Below are positions 25,601 to 36,004 of a stretch of 64,000 nt of DNA, one piece after another. A program made the position numbers and the translations under genes. The DNA comes from Magallana gigas (Eukaryota), in the NCBI RefSeq assembly GCF_963853765.1, contig NC_088857.1:28086001-28150000 (forward strand), given 5' to 3'. The stretch's first letter is position 1, and every line of letters begins with the position of its first letter. The notes below the pieces were generated by a model, which searched no databases, was not told the DNA's origin, and was given only the letters and a program-made list of their open reading frames with translations.

Positions 25601-28600
25601 AGTGATTATTGATACGGAGCTCGACCACACTGAATTTGATATCATGGTGGTTGCACAGATTTAAGGAAGTAAAGAACGTTTACACTGTACGCTAAAGTTA
25701 ATATCCCCATTCATTGAAAGCTAGGAACAAAAATTAACAATCATATTAACTTACATTTCATATGAAGAACGTGATTTAGCTCTTGCAATAAACTGTAACG
25801 ATCCGTTTTGAGAATGTAATGTATCTCCATCAAGAGGTGTGGGTGAAACAAAGGAACAGGATTCAGAACACGGAATACTGCTAACAATAATCATAAACTG
25901 TAAAGGAACGCTGCTTAATGGAACACTAGAGGACGAGTCTGTGAAATCCTCGATCTGTAAAGCCACGATGTAATCTCCATAACTCACATCGTAATGGAAA
26001 TAGAATGCACAGGCTGTCTAGGGGGAAAAATCATGCAAAATAATATTAATAAATCTGTTCAGCAGGCCAAGTTACAAAATTTCGAGATACAGTCCTACAT
26101 AATGTTCAAATTAAAAGAAAAAACCTACCTCATTTAATGTCAAATAAGATGAATGGTTGCTACAAATTGATCCACATTCGTCTAACCCTAATGCAAAGCG
26201 ACATCGAATATCATCTCCGTCAAAGTCCGCCACTTTGGAAAGTAAATATATTAAATATTGGCAATACAAACTTTCTTATCAGCTTTAATTAAAGAACAAA
26301 ATATATTTAGAATGAAAATACAATTTCAAAAGCAAGAAAATAGGATCTTCACAATTGGCACACGAGCCGAAATAACAGAATATTCGCGCGACCGAAAAGT
26401 GTAGATTTTGATCGTAAACTGTTGCCAAAAAAACCTCAAATATGGAAAAGTATTCGTATGAAATTTGCTCGATGTGCGATGCATTTAATCGTGCGATTTA
26501 TCATGCGTCTATATGCGACTGTTGTACAAAGAAAGTGAGTGTTGTAAGATAATGCGATAGGATCACGCAAGTGAACATGCGCAAATGCGATTGGACGTGC
26601 AACTCTCGTGCGATCATGCGTTTTGTGGTACGAATGATTGTGCGAGTCATAGGAATTATATGTATTTTCCCATTCCGATGACCCTCTTCAGTAAACATAC
26701 ATTGTAATTAAATGAGAGGGAAGATGACGCCCAAGAAGATGACCAAAGCAACACCCAAAACCGATGACTGAGAAAATGAGCAGCTCCTACGAATTTGCAT
26801 GGTCTATCTACATTTGTAATACTATGCACTCGTAGTAATTTTGTGTATTAAAGAAGTAAATGGGGATGAAATGTCAGATGTTTTACATGTAGATATAATT
26901 ACATTATATAATTACACTAATAACATTATACGTAACGTATCATCGGACAATCGGAATTTATGCGCGGGTGGGGTCTGGGTGGGTAATCCTGGGTAAAGTC
27001 ATACTTTACAATACATGTACCACAGGTTCAGAACTTTACCTTACGTTTTATCACTACGCAATTCTTTTCCTTTAGAGCAACAATGACAAACCGATTTTGA
27101 TTTTTTATATATAAAACCATGTGATTTGTATTTTTTTTAAGGTTACCAACAGTTTTTTGGTTAAAATTTTAAAGGCCAATGAAATGAAATCAATCTTTTG
27201 ATAGCGGTTTACAAGGAAAAAAGAATGTCAAGAATTAAGTGTATTTTAGAAAAAGGCTATTTTTTTTTACCTGGAATGTGAATGTACTGATTGAGTTCAC
27301 ACGGATGTATTATAGATGAAGCCATTGATGAAACAGGTGACTGGTTTGTGCTTCCAGTATCACTTCGTAGACTTAAATCTACAGTCATCTTAAGGCTCAA
27401 GGAATGAGCAAACGTAGGCTGTGTTAACGATACCAAATCCCCAGAGGCAAATCTAATATCAGAAATAATGATTTAATATGCAATATTTACCAACATATTT
27501 CTTGATTGAAAGACAACTATAGTTTTGTAATTTTTATGGTATTTTACATGTAGATGCATTTTGTCCAAATTGTATCACCGATATTTGAATAAATGGTCTA
27601 CATTTTTGGCAAAGTTTTGGTGATAAAAACAGTAACATTGAATATAATAATTCAACACATCTTTTAGGGTCTTTGTTATTAAGCCACATTGTAATGAAAA
27701 AATTAAATTCTGCTGTTGTGTGGGTTGTAATCACTTTTATCCAACAGCATTAAATATATAAAAAGTACCCGGGTTTAATTTTTAAGATTGTTCAGGAGAG
27801 AACAATTATAGTCATTTTGCCTGCTGTTTAGTTCAATTCAGTGTATTTCTATTTTAAATTAAAAACTTTTGAAAAAAATCATCAAATGTTTAGTAAGTAT
27901 TAACATTTAGTATATCTTTCAATATTTCATACAAAATAGAAAATTTTAACATATATAATAAAGATACATAAAATTGTCTTTTTTAATAAAACAAAATGGA
28001 TGTTTCATTCATGCATGATTATAATTTACAAACCGCAAACCGAGGTGTGATGATGTTGCGTGTCTGATATCAAATATGGTTTCTCCTTCAAAATCCGCCC
28101 AGTTTTCTGCTGAATTGCTTTCCGTGCAATTTGCATTCGTTATCACACTACCTGTACATCCACTGATACATTCCAATGTATTGTTTTGTGGATTGGAACA
28201 GTAGGAGTAGACATAGGTAAGACGGTGACGGACTAGAATCTGGAAAAACAAAAAATGAAGAAAAAAATTGATAATAAAAATCCAACCGATGCCTATTGGT
28301 TTTCAAATGTGGTGTATATGTACTTCAGTCAATAATTGAAACCGCTGTTTAAAGTTTGATCTGCAAACAGTTATTTTCATCGAAAAAGTCTTGACCTCGA
28401 TTGGCATAACATAAGTATTAATCAACATTGCTTTAAAAACTGATTATTTAGTGTAAAAAAAGATTTATCGGTTAAGATCTGCTTTTAACTGACCAAAATA
28501 GTCCAAGCAATAAATTATTCAAATCAAGCAAAGTACTGAATTAGTTTGGTTTAATTGTGATCTTCAGTTGATGAGAAAAAATGTTCTTGACAAAAACTAC

Positions 28601-29937
28601 TTTTAAAAAGTTGTTATTTCGTGGGCCCTGTGGCAAAATCTTGCGCATAAACCAGGCTATGTCATGCGCAAGCGGAATTGTCCCCATGGCTACCTGCTAA
28701 CGCAGGTAATGTATTTTTTCTTCAATGTCGCCACCTTCATACGGAAAAAAGCAGTTTATTGTCTTAATAAATCCAAATATAAAGGGAACAATAGAATTAA
28801 TCTTTGGGGTACCAGATAACATTGAGTTCCCAATCCGCTTCACAGCCATGTAAGCAAAGGAGAATGTAAATACTGTAGTGTATACTTAGCTTCCTCACGG
28901 TAAAACCTGATGTCTTTAGGATCAAATATTATTTGTATATTTATTAAGACATGTGAAAAAAAGAATTTTCGATATTTTTTTTGCCTTATATCGTTTTCAA
29001 TTATTTTTTGACAAAATGAATGTACTTTTGTGAATAAAGTCATCAGAAAATGAAGTAGCATGAACTGAACTGATATTCAATGTATATATAAAGTACGCAA
29101 TAGCTCCTAAATGAAACGAATCATTATCTACCTAAGATGTTTAGATAGGTTAGTTATTTTCAATATCAGTTGAAAAGCTCTAAGTTGGTTCAAGTATTAA
29201 AGCTGACATGAATTCATAAAAGCATTTGGTCGCCATATTAGTTTCGATCGCTCATCTTATAGCAGTGAGGTATATATACCGGTTAAGAAAATTATGGTCG
29301 GTTGCTTTCCGACCGAGGCACTCAGGCGGACTTCTAAATGTATGAACTGTATGAAAAATCAATGTTAAAAAATTAGACTTCTTTGTATCTATTATTGTTT
29401 GTATGTATTGTCAAATTCTGGAACATATGAGGATTTGTATGAGTTTTACAATATTTTATATGTGTTTCATATTCATTAATCTTGATAGAGATAAGAAGAA
29501 CTTTTCTTCAGGTGAGTGATTTTGCCTATGAACCTCTTGGTTTCCATTTATTTAAAAACCGTTGCTGTAGTCACTGTGTTTCAATTACCTTTAACATTAG
29601 TTTTTTAATGTTACAATTGCGGCTACAGTTTGTGTATCAGTTTCATTTCAAAATATTGTTGAAACATTGGCCTATTTTCGTAACGAAATGAAATTGTCAA
29701 TTTCTACACCTCTAGCAATATTGTTATATAAAATTAAAAATAATGATGTCAGCAATGACCAACATTAAACTTAAAAAAAATTGTAGGTTAAACTAAGCTA
29801 ATAATATAGATATTGAATAAATGAACACGTACCTGGGTTTCATTTACCGCCTTCCATGTTAGTAATCCTCCTCGAAAATGACTAGATAGCACACAAGGAA
29901 TTAGAGCAAAAAACGTTAGTGTAAACCAAATGTACAT
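47..29937 (-). CDS. Gene 1: multi-exon secreted/cell-surface protein, signal peptide + SHFRGG-type N-terminal domain + C-type lectin + >=37 EGF repeats (3' end outside window)
   Basis: Hand-assembled GT-AG exons with compatible phases: 29833-29937, 28034-28239, 27271-27452, 26129-26232, 25755-26017, 25046-25204, [linker unresolved], 19884-20045, 18407-18489, 18093-18237, 13037-13150, then 36 EGF exons of 114 bp down to 47-160. No in-frame stops seen in these exons. Confidence 0.85.
13037..13150 (-). CDS. First EGF exon of gene 1 (outside the tandem unit)
   Basis: 114 bp, phase 1-1, [38 protein letters not shown]; donor GTGAGC. Confidence 0.88.
13712..13878 (-). mobile_element. tRNA-derived SINE fragment (V-SINE-like core)
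   Basis: Minus strand has B-box GTTCGATCC (13839-13847) followed by GTGGGTTTTTTCCGGGTAATCGGCTTCC, resembling the V-domain core; A box appears truncated. Family call from recall. Confidence 0.55.
14515..14845. repeat. Degenerate ~11-bp minisatellite (CCAATGATAC-like)
   Basis: Repeated ccaatgatac/ctaatgatac variants. Confidence 0.55.
15331..17832. mobile_element. CACTA/EnSpm-like non-autonomous DNA transposon
   Basis: ~58-bp imperfect TIRs (cacttctgaattcaaaa... at 15331; ...ttttgaattcagtagtg ending 17832) plus inverted subterminal arrays of CACTGT/ACAGTG motifs (~15400-15620 and ~17590-17770); TSD not clean (aaa/ata). Confidence 0.65.
15975..16750 (+). pseudogene. Decayed L1/Tx1-clade LINE reverse transcriptase fragment
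   Basis: Fragments translate to [46 protein letters not shown] and SQYVDD (16428-16442); many stops and frameshifts. Confidence 0.8.
18093..18237 (-). CDS. C-type lectin domain exon 3 (EPN and WND motifs)
   Basis: Phase 0->1, [48 protein letters not shown]; joins the EGF exon at 13037-13150 in frame. Confidence 0.92.
18407..18489 (-). CDS. C-type lectin domain exon 2 (WIGL)
   Basis: Phase 1->0, [27 protein letters not shown]; donor GTTAGT. Confidence 0.9.
18694..19745. mobile_element. Non-autonomous TIR element with ~170-bp TIRs abutting (GA)n/(TC)n tracts
   Basis: 18694-18863 is the inverted copy of ~19553-19745 (agtaca...tacatagaagcgt...ctccagaaaagtttttacgtaat...tgtccaatcagatcgtag...gagaga); lies in the intron between lectin exons. 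Confidence 0.75.
19884..20045 (-). CDS. C-type lectin domain exon 1
   Basis: Phase 1->1, [53 protein letters not shown]; long polypyrimidine tract; missed by the ORF track. Confidence 0.9.
20165..22743 (+). mobile_element. HINE/Helentron-type non-autonomous element
   Basis: Starts aacaagaggcccatggggccacatcgctcacctgag, ends with a (GACG/GACA)n tract and ctcaggtgagctaaaaa (sub-TIR pair); same ends as the element at 56307. Confidence 0.75.
20770..21252. repeat. 239-bp near-exact tandem duplication inside the HINE
   Basis: aaaaatcaatgttaccgtattgacagg... recurs at 20778 and 21017. Confidence 0.9.
22942..22989 (-). CDS. Putative gene 1 linker exon
   Basis: 48 bp between a pyrimidine-rich TAG acceptor and a GTAAGT donor; open in phase 1 as [15 protein letters not shown]; no homology support. 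Confidence 0.35.
23866..23908 (-). CDS. Putative gene 1 linker exon (phase problem)
   Basis: AAG acceptor, [20 protein letters not shown] donor. Starts like gene 2 exon [13 protein letters not shown] but is 43 bp (phase 2->0), which does not join the phase-1 lectin exon directly. Confidence 0.4.
25046..25204 (-). CDS. Gene 1 N-terminal domain exon
   Basis: 159 bp, phase 2->2, [52 protein letters not shown]; clearly homologous to gene 2 exon 60813-60971 (same length). Confidence 0.9.
25755..26017 (-). CDS. Gene 1 N-terminal domain exon (VALQIEDF / PLSSVPLQF motif)
   Basis: Phase 0->2, [45 protein letters not shown]...; overlaps ORF 25751..25987; donor GTAAGT. Confidence 0.9.
26129..26232 (-). 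CDS. Gene 1 N-terminal domain exon (DxDGD.IRCR motif)
   Basis: Phase 1->0, [35 protein letters not shown]; donor GTAGGT. Confidence 0.85.
27271..27452 (-). CDS. Gene 1 N-terminal domain exon (RSDTG.N.SP motif)
   Basis: Phase 2->1, [60 protein letters not shown]; not in the ORF track; canonical AG/GT. Confidence 0.85.
28034..28239 (-). CDS. Gene 1 N-terminal domain exon
   Basis: Phase 0->2, [69 protein letters not shown]; acceptor TTCCAG, donor GTTTGT. Confidence 0.8.
29833..29937 (-). CDS. Gene 1 first coding exon: signal peptide and SHFRGG motif
   Basis: [35 protein letters not shown], 105 bp, donor GTACGT. An AG acceptor (29939-29940) lies one base upstream of the ATG, suggesting an upstream non-coding exon. 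Confidence 0.85.
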
Positions 29938-31802
29938 ACTGGTTTTAGAAAATAGTCACGTTTTATACATTTTAATATTGTATAGTACTCCTCTACTCCT
30001 CGTAACTGGTCTATGCTTGGAAGCATCAAGAATTTTAAACTTCCTGCATGGTTCTATTTTTTTTTATACTGCTCTGGATGAAAAAGTTAACAATGGGATT
30101 GTGCAGCACTCCACTCAGGTAGTTATTATATGTGTAAAGATTTATAAAATTCCTGAAACTTGAGTTGTCATTAGATACAGTAAGTGTGTTTATACAAAAT
30201 ATATGACTATATTTAAAATAACTTAACAAGGTTACCATGCAGACATGCTCATATTGCTCTGAATGACCGTCCAACATAAATAGGCGAACACCTTCTGTAT
30301 AATAATCATTGTCGTATTTAAAATATCACAATTAAATGTGAGTATCTATTGGTTGTTGATGTAATTGGGTTTTCGCGATCATTTGAATGTTAATTTTAAC
30401 CTAGACCCTGACCAATAAATAAAAGGCTCAGATTTATTTTTATGAATTGATGTTTATTTGATAATCCTTACTGCTCTAGCCGTTTTGCCATAATCATTGT
30501 AGACATGTTATTTTAAGACACTAATAAAATTATTTATTAACATAGTAAACAGTAGCCAATTCTGACAGCATTATTCAAATGACCTTTTTCTAACCTTGCA
30601 TGACCTTGGAATCTTAAACAATAACTATAACTAATTGTTGGAAGTGCTTGTCATGGCCATTTATTCACAATCATCAAAATACAAATTATGCGCCGATCAT
30701 CAAATCGATATGGCAGCATACACGAAAAACGAGTCCAAGCACAAGAAATACCACCTTGACCCAAGGGACCTGGAAATAACAGTGCCCCATGGAGGTGGCA
30801 TTCTTTGCAAAATTCTGCCATTATTTGTATTGTAAAAGACACGCGCATAATCTTCTGTCTTAACTGGTACTGATGAAACTTTGAGACCATGACGCTGAAA
30901 GTAGAAATAAAAACAAAAGCCAAAAACTTTGTTCTAAACATACACATACATGTCATACGAAATTGTCAGCCTTACAATAATTGACAAAAGGAAAACCTTT
31001 TAAATTGTAAAGAAAAATATATATTAATGCCAAGCTGTTCTTCACACCTAATAATACATCATTAAATAACCTATATTGGCAAGAGGTGGGTGGGAGGGTT
31101 TTTCTAAGATGAATTTGTGCCACCTATCAACTTTGGATTGAGCAGGAAAAGGAAGTAGCAACCGCGCATGCCCGGTTATATAGTTGTATTAAACAAGAGT
31201 TATGGATCTTGCAACAATGACAGTTAACAAGAGTTATGGATCTTGAAACATCAACATAACACCTATGCTTAAAATAACCTGGTTTATCCAGAGATGATAA
31301 ACCCTATTATTTAAAGACACTAATAAAATTATTTATTAACATAGTAAACAGTAGCCAATTCTGACAGCATTATTCAAATGACCTTTTTCTAACCTTGCAT
31401 GACCTTGGAATCTTAAACAATAACTATAACTAATTGTTGGAAGTGCTTGTCATGGCCATTTATTCACAATCATCAAAATACAAATTATGCGCCGATCATC
31501 AAATCGATATGGCAGCATACACGAAAAACGAGTCCAAGCACAAGAAATACCACCTTGACCCAAGGGACCAGGAAATAACAGTGCCCCATGGAGGTGGCAT
31601 TCTTTGCAAAATTCTGCCAAATGAACCACGAACAGTGGTACATCCGCCAACAAATCTAGGCGGTCAATTTTGCAAACAATACAAGTACAGAATGACTTAA
31701 GTTGCAATGATAATCAGTTTTACATACAACCACAGTTAACAAAAAATAATTGCATCAATACTCAACTCACAACTTCAAATTATCAGCTGGCCATGACAAA
31801 GC

Positions 31803-32401
31803 TTACTGTTTAATAAGTGGATAAAATCTGTCAGTGGATGACATGAATTGCAACAATGCATTTTTCAAAGAAGTTACAAATAGTTCATTTCCCAAGTCAG
31901 ACAAATGTATGCCATCTTTACGAAATAGGGTACCCTGTGTACTTAAAATATCAGGATATTTTATGGAGGCCCCACATACCTTCTTAACAACAAATGTAGC
32001 AAGAGCTGAATTTAATCTAGTTCTCCAATTTTCCCCATCTTTGTTCGAAAGGCATAATGACCAATTTCTACGTGGCAAGATATGTGACCACACAATTATT
32101 GTCTTTGGCAATAGCCTTGTTATTTTAGACACGGTCAACTTCATGTACTTTTGTAAGCCCTTTAGTGTATTACGAGGGTTGCCAATATCGTTGCCACCAC
32201 AATGTATAACTAAAAGTGTTGGATGTCTATTACATTGCCTTAGCATTTCTTTGATAGTCTGGTACAACCGAGACCAAACCATGCCCCTAATTCCCTGCCA
32301 AATTATTCTTTGTGATGTTAGTCCCAAGTTGTCATCAATATTTTGTTGTGCATATTTCTGGGCCCAATGAATTATAGATGATCCGACAACCCATATGCCA
32401 T
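31803..32401 (-). CDS. SGNH/GDSL hydrolase ORF of the Ngaro element
   Basis: Open from 32401: DGIWVVGSSIIHW (block I) ... QGIRG (II) ... HCGGNDIG (III) ... DGIHLS (V); preceded by a CTGAT...TTATTTCAG acceptor-like signal. Confidence 0.85.
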
Positions 32402-32440
32402 CTGAAATAATTTGTAATCAGTACATATTATAATTTACAC

Positions 32441-33388
32441 TTAAAGAATTGGTCTGATGTATGATTTGTAAGCTGAGGAATTCCATCTACCCATGATTTT
32501 AATTTCAGATTCATTCATGCCACTTAAATATAAATGGGTGGCCCCGCCAATTCTGAAGGAATGGGATTTATAAACACCACTAGATGTAGGCATGTTCAAA
32601 AATGATAAACACCTGTTTAGCATGCTTGAAAACTGATATTGAGTTAAAGGTTTGGAGTTGTAATGCACGAAAAATTTATTTGATCTTACAGTATGCCTCA
32701 CAACAAGAAATTTCTGCAATAATAAAAACAAAATTTGTGACTGGGCATGCTTTAGAACTTTCACTGACGAGCCTTGATACAATTGATCAGTCTTGGAGCT
32801 TTTGATAAGGATAATAACCTGGTCCTGCAATAGCTGTACACAATCTGACTGAAGGGACACCACCTCACTAACTCTAAGCAAAGCAAAAAATGTCAACAAA
32901 TATGCACATTGAAATAGCATTGCCTCGTATGTTGAATATGTTACTTGAGGCAAAGTATCTATGATACTGAGGAGCATTTGTAATGTTATAGGCCTTCTAA
33001 TATCGCTAGTTAATGTAGACCTTTTGTATCCACTGAGCAATTTCTTAATCAAAAACGAATCCACTGGATTTGTCCAACCATGAACATTTATGAAAAAACT
33101 CAAACCTGACAGATAACACTTAACAGTTGAAAATGCACAATTACGTTCATACATGTATGCAATAAAATTGATAACATGGTCGATAGGAGGTGGCCACAAT
33201 TGTTGTAGAGACTTATCTACCCTATATTTGAAAAATGCTTGAATGCCTTGCTTATAAACTTTGTTTGTATTCTCAGAAATACTAGCTTCTACTAGATCCT
33301 CTACAATTGATGAATAATTTGCAAAAATTGTGTAGGAACTGGACAAGGATAAGGCTGCGCCCCAGGAGCCAGCTAATGAAACTTCCAA
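32441..33388 (-). CDS. Tyrosine recombinase (phage-integrase family) of the Ngaro element
   Basis: FFALLRVSE (R), SSKTDQ (K), SHSFRIGGAT (HxxR), MGRWNSSAYKSY (W, Y): catalytic set intact; no ATG before the N-terminal region. Confidence 0.92.
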   Translation of the reverse strand: MEVSLAGSWGAALSLSSSYTIFANYSSIVEDLVEASISENTNKVYKQGIQAFFKYRVDKSLQQLWPPPIDHVINFIAYMYERNCAFSTVKCYLSGLSFFINVHGWTNPVDSFLIKKLLSGYKRSTLTSDIRRPITLQMLLSIIDTLPQVTYSTYEAMLFQCAYLLTFFALLRVSEVVSLQSDCVQLLQDQVIILIKSSKTDQLYQGSSVKVLKHAQSQILFLLLQKFLVVRHTVRSNKFFVHYNSKPLTQYQFSSMLNRCLSFLNMPTSSGVYKSHSFRIGGATHLYLSGMNESEIKIMGRWNSSAYKSYIRPIL

Positions 33389-34900
33389 AACTGAAAACGA
33401 GAAATAGCATCTGCTTTATTGTTCTTAACACCTGGAATATGCTGAGATTTAATTTGTATGCTTTTCTGCAAAGTTTTGAGAACTAAGGCTCTCAACAAAA
33501 TCATGACTCTCTTATTTTGTGATGTTTTGTTGTTAATTATATGAACAAGTGCTAAATTAACAACATGCAATAGTATTTTATTACAAGCTAGTTTGTCTGC
33601 CCAGATAAAAATTCCTAACACTATTGGGACAAGTTTCAGAAAAGTAATATCTTTCTTTATGTCCTGTGACCAATCTACTGGCCAAGCTAACCAACTCCAT
33701 TCATCACCAAATACAACACCACACCCATAAGCTCCTGAACTGTCTGTATAAAATTCAAATGTATCATCCATAGACCAGTCTACAGTTGAAAATTTTGTAA
33801 ATCCATTAAAATTTTCTAGAAATACAACCCACATTTGAAGATCTAACTTTATTTCATTTGATACCCTAATAAAATGGAAAGGTCTAGCAATACCTTGCAG
33901 TGCCCCATAAATTCTCCTACAAAATGCTCTACCCGCAGGCAATGCTTTTACTACAAATGCCAATGAACCCACTAATGATTCCAATTCTTTCTTTGTTACT
34001 TTTTTACTGCCAAGGACATAATTAATCTTGCCCAACAACTCATCCACTTTTTCTTTTGGAACAAAAATTGTACCTTGCACAGAATCAATTCCCAGTCCTA
34101 AAAATTCTAAGCAGTTAGATGGACCTTGAGTTTTTTCTGGTGCAATTGGAACTCCCAAATATTCACACAGTTCTAGAAATTGATGCATCAAACCTGTGCA
34201 ATCACTAGAGTCAGCTGATCCCACAAATAAAAGATCATCTAAGTAATGTACGATCCCATCCTTTTGTGACCTCTTCTCCAATTCCCAATGTAAAAAAGAG
34301 GAAAATTTTTCAAACAATGAACAAGACACAGAACATCCCATTGGTAAACACTTGTCTATGTAATATGATTTATCAAACTTGAAACCAAGCAGACAAAATT
34401 CTCTTGGACTTATTGGTAAAAGCCTAAAAGCACTAGAAATATCCATTTTTGCCATGAGGGCCCCTTGTCCCTTTGTTTGAATTATGTTAATTGCATCATC
34501 AAATGAAGAGTAGTTGACGGAACAAAATTGCTGATCAATGTAATCATTAACACTCTCTCCAAATGGATGGGACAAGTTTGTAATCATACGCCATCCACCT
34601 TGCTTTTTTGGTAATAAACCAACTGGGTTACATCTTAAATTTGATATTGGTGGGGCTGAAAAAGGACCTAAAACTCTACCAAGATCTATTTCCTTCTTAA
34701 TCTTTTCTGCCAATTCATTAGAGTGTTGAATCGCAGACTTCATATTCCTAAACTCAACCTTAATTCTAGGGCCATGATAGTTTAATTAAAATCCTCCCTC
34801 AAAACCCTGTGCTAACAAGTGTGCAACTTTTCTGTCTGGATAACTTCTAACTAACTTGTGAAGATTATTAACTTTTATTGGAGTAGATCCCAATTGCCAT
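33301..34900 (-). pseudogene. Ngaro reverse transcriptase/RNase H with nonsense codons
   Basis: ORF 33373..34743 has LPMGCSVSC and HYLDD (RT) and YTDSSG...ADAISR (RNase H); in-frame TAA at 34786-34788 and TAG at 33373-33375, with reading frame continuing beyond both. Confidence 0.9.
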
Positions 34901-34903
34901 AAT

Positions 34904-36004
34904 TTATTGTGTAATTGGGCGGAATGATCTCTGTGGGAATCTAGGGCGGAATTGCTGTGATGCGGGCTTAACTGGGGGGTATTGTTTACCCGTACTGTTA
35001 TTCTGGGAATATCTACAATTCAAAGAAGGATGTGAACCATTACACTTGACACAAATATGCAAGAACCTACAGTTTTGTTTTTCACATACTCCCTGAAAAT
35101 TGTAAGAATTGTAAGCATTTAAACTGCTTTGTAGGGGTTGGAATGTTATTTTGGACTACCGGCTGCATGTAAAACAGCCATAATTCTGCATCAACTGAAC
35201 CCCAGCTGAGACTGGAATCAATTGATTTTTTCAACCTAAATTGAACATCGTATTCCCTCCAGTTACAAGAATTTGGTGAACGCTCTGCGCCTTTCCTAAT
35301 TGTAGCCATGTATCGAAATAAATGAACAGCTTGCGAAGAATGCTTGGCACAATAAATCGAAGCAAAAATTAGAAAAGCATCTGTCCATTGTGAAATGGAC
35401 ACTATTGTTTCATCTTTGTATTTTGGTTTGACCTGAATCGCCCCATCATGATATACAATATGATGCTGAATATCTGATGCAGGTTCTTTCATTAACAACT
35501 TGTTAAGTGCAATATAATCCATATCTTTTCTTTCAATGCTATGGGTACATGAGCCCCAAGTGACGATACTACACTATGGAAAGGTGTGGGGTTTTCAATG
35601 TCGAACAAACAATCTGTACCTGTATTGGTGCTAGATCCTGCTACTGAAGGCTCGACCGTCTGATCCGATGGGGCCCTTGCCCGGTCTAGAACAGGTTGTA
35701 CAGTTGGTTGTACTACAGGGACTGGCAAACTTTGGCTTCTATCATATATTCTACCTGTAGACTCGGTAACTGCAACTGTGGAAGGACTGCTGGAGGACGA
35801 AGTCACATTTGGCATCCGTGTAGACGCCCGGGAGGCTACAACCGCTCCCCTCGTGGGAGGTCTGGCATAAGGGCTCTTGGACTTCGACGTCCTAACTTTG
35901 CTAGCTCTCAACATCTCTTCAACTTTGGATGCACTGGATATTTTTTCTAAGATGAATTTGTGCCACCTATCAACTTTGGATTGAGCAGGAAAAGGAAGTA
36001 GCAA
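34904..36004 (-). pseudogene. Ngaro gag-like ORF, frameshifted
   Basis: ORFs 35492..36004 and 35082..35522 overlap in different frames at KEKIW/DYIAL; WREYDVQFRLK motif; a Cys/His knuckle (CEKQNCRFLHICVKCNGSHPSLNC) lies in another frame after a second shift near 35100. Confidence 0.75.

Noticed and set aside
30236-30300. Candidate TATA/Inr and 5'UTR exon for gene 1
   Set aside because: TATTTAT-to-Inr spacing is too short and such motifs are common in AT-rich DNA.
31834-32370. 178-aa plus-strand ORF
   Set aside because: Antisense shadow of the SGNH ORF, with no recognisable motif.
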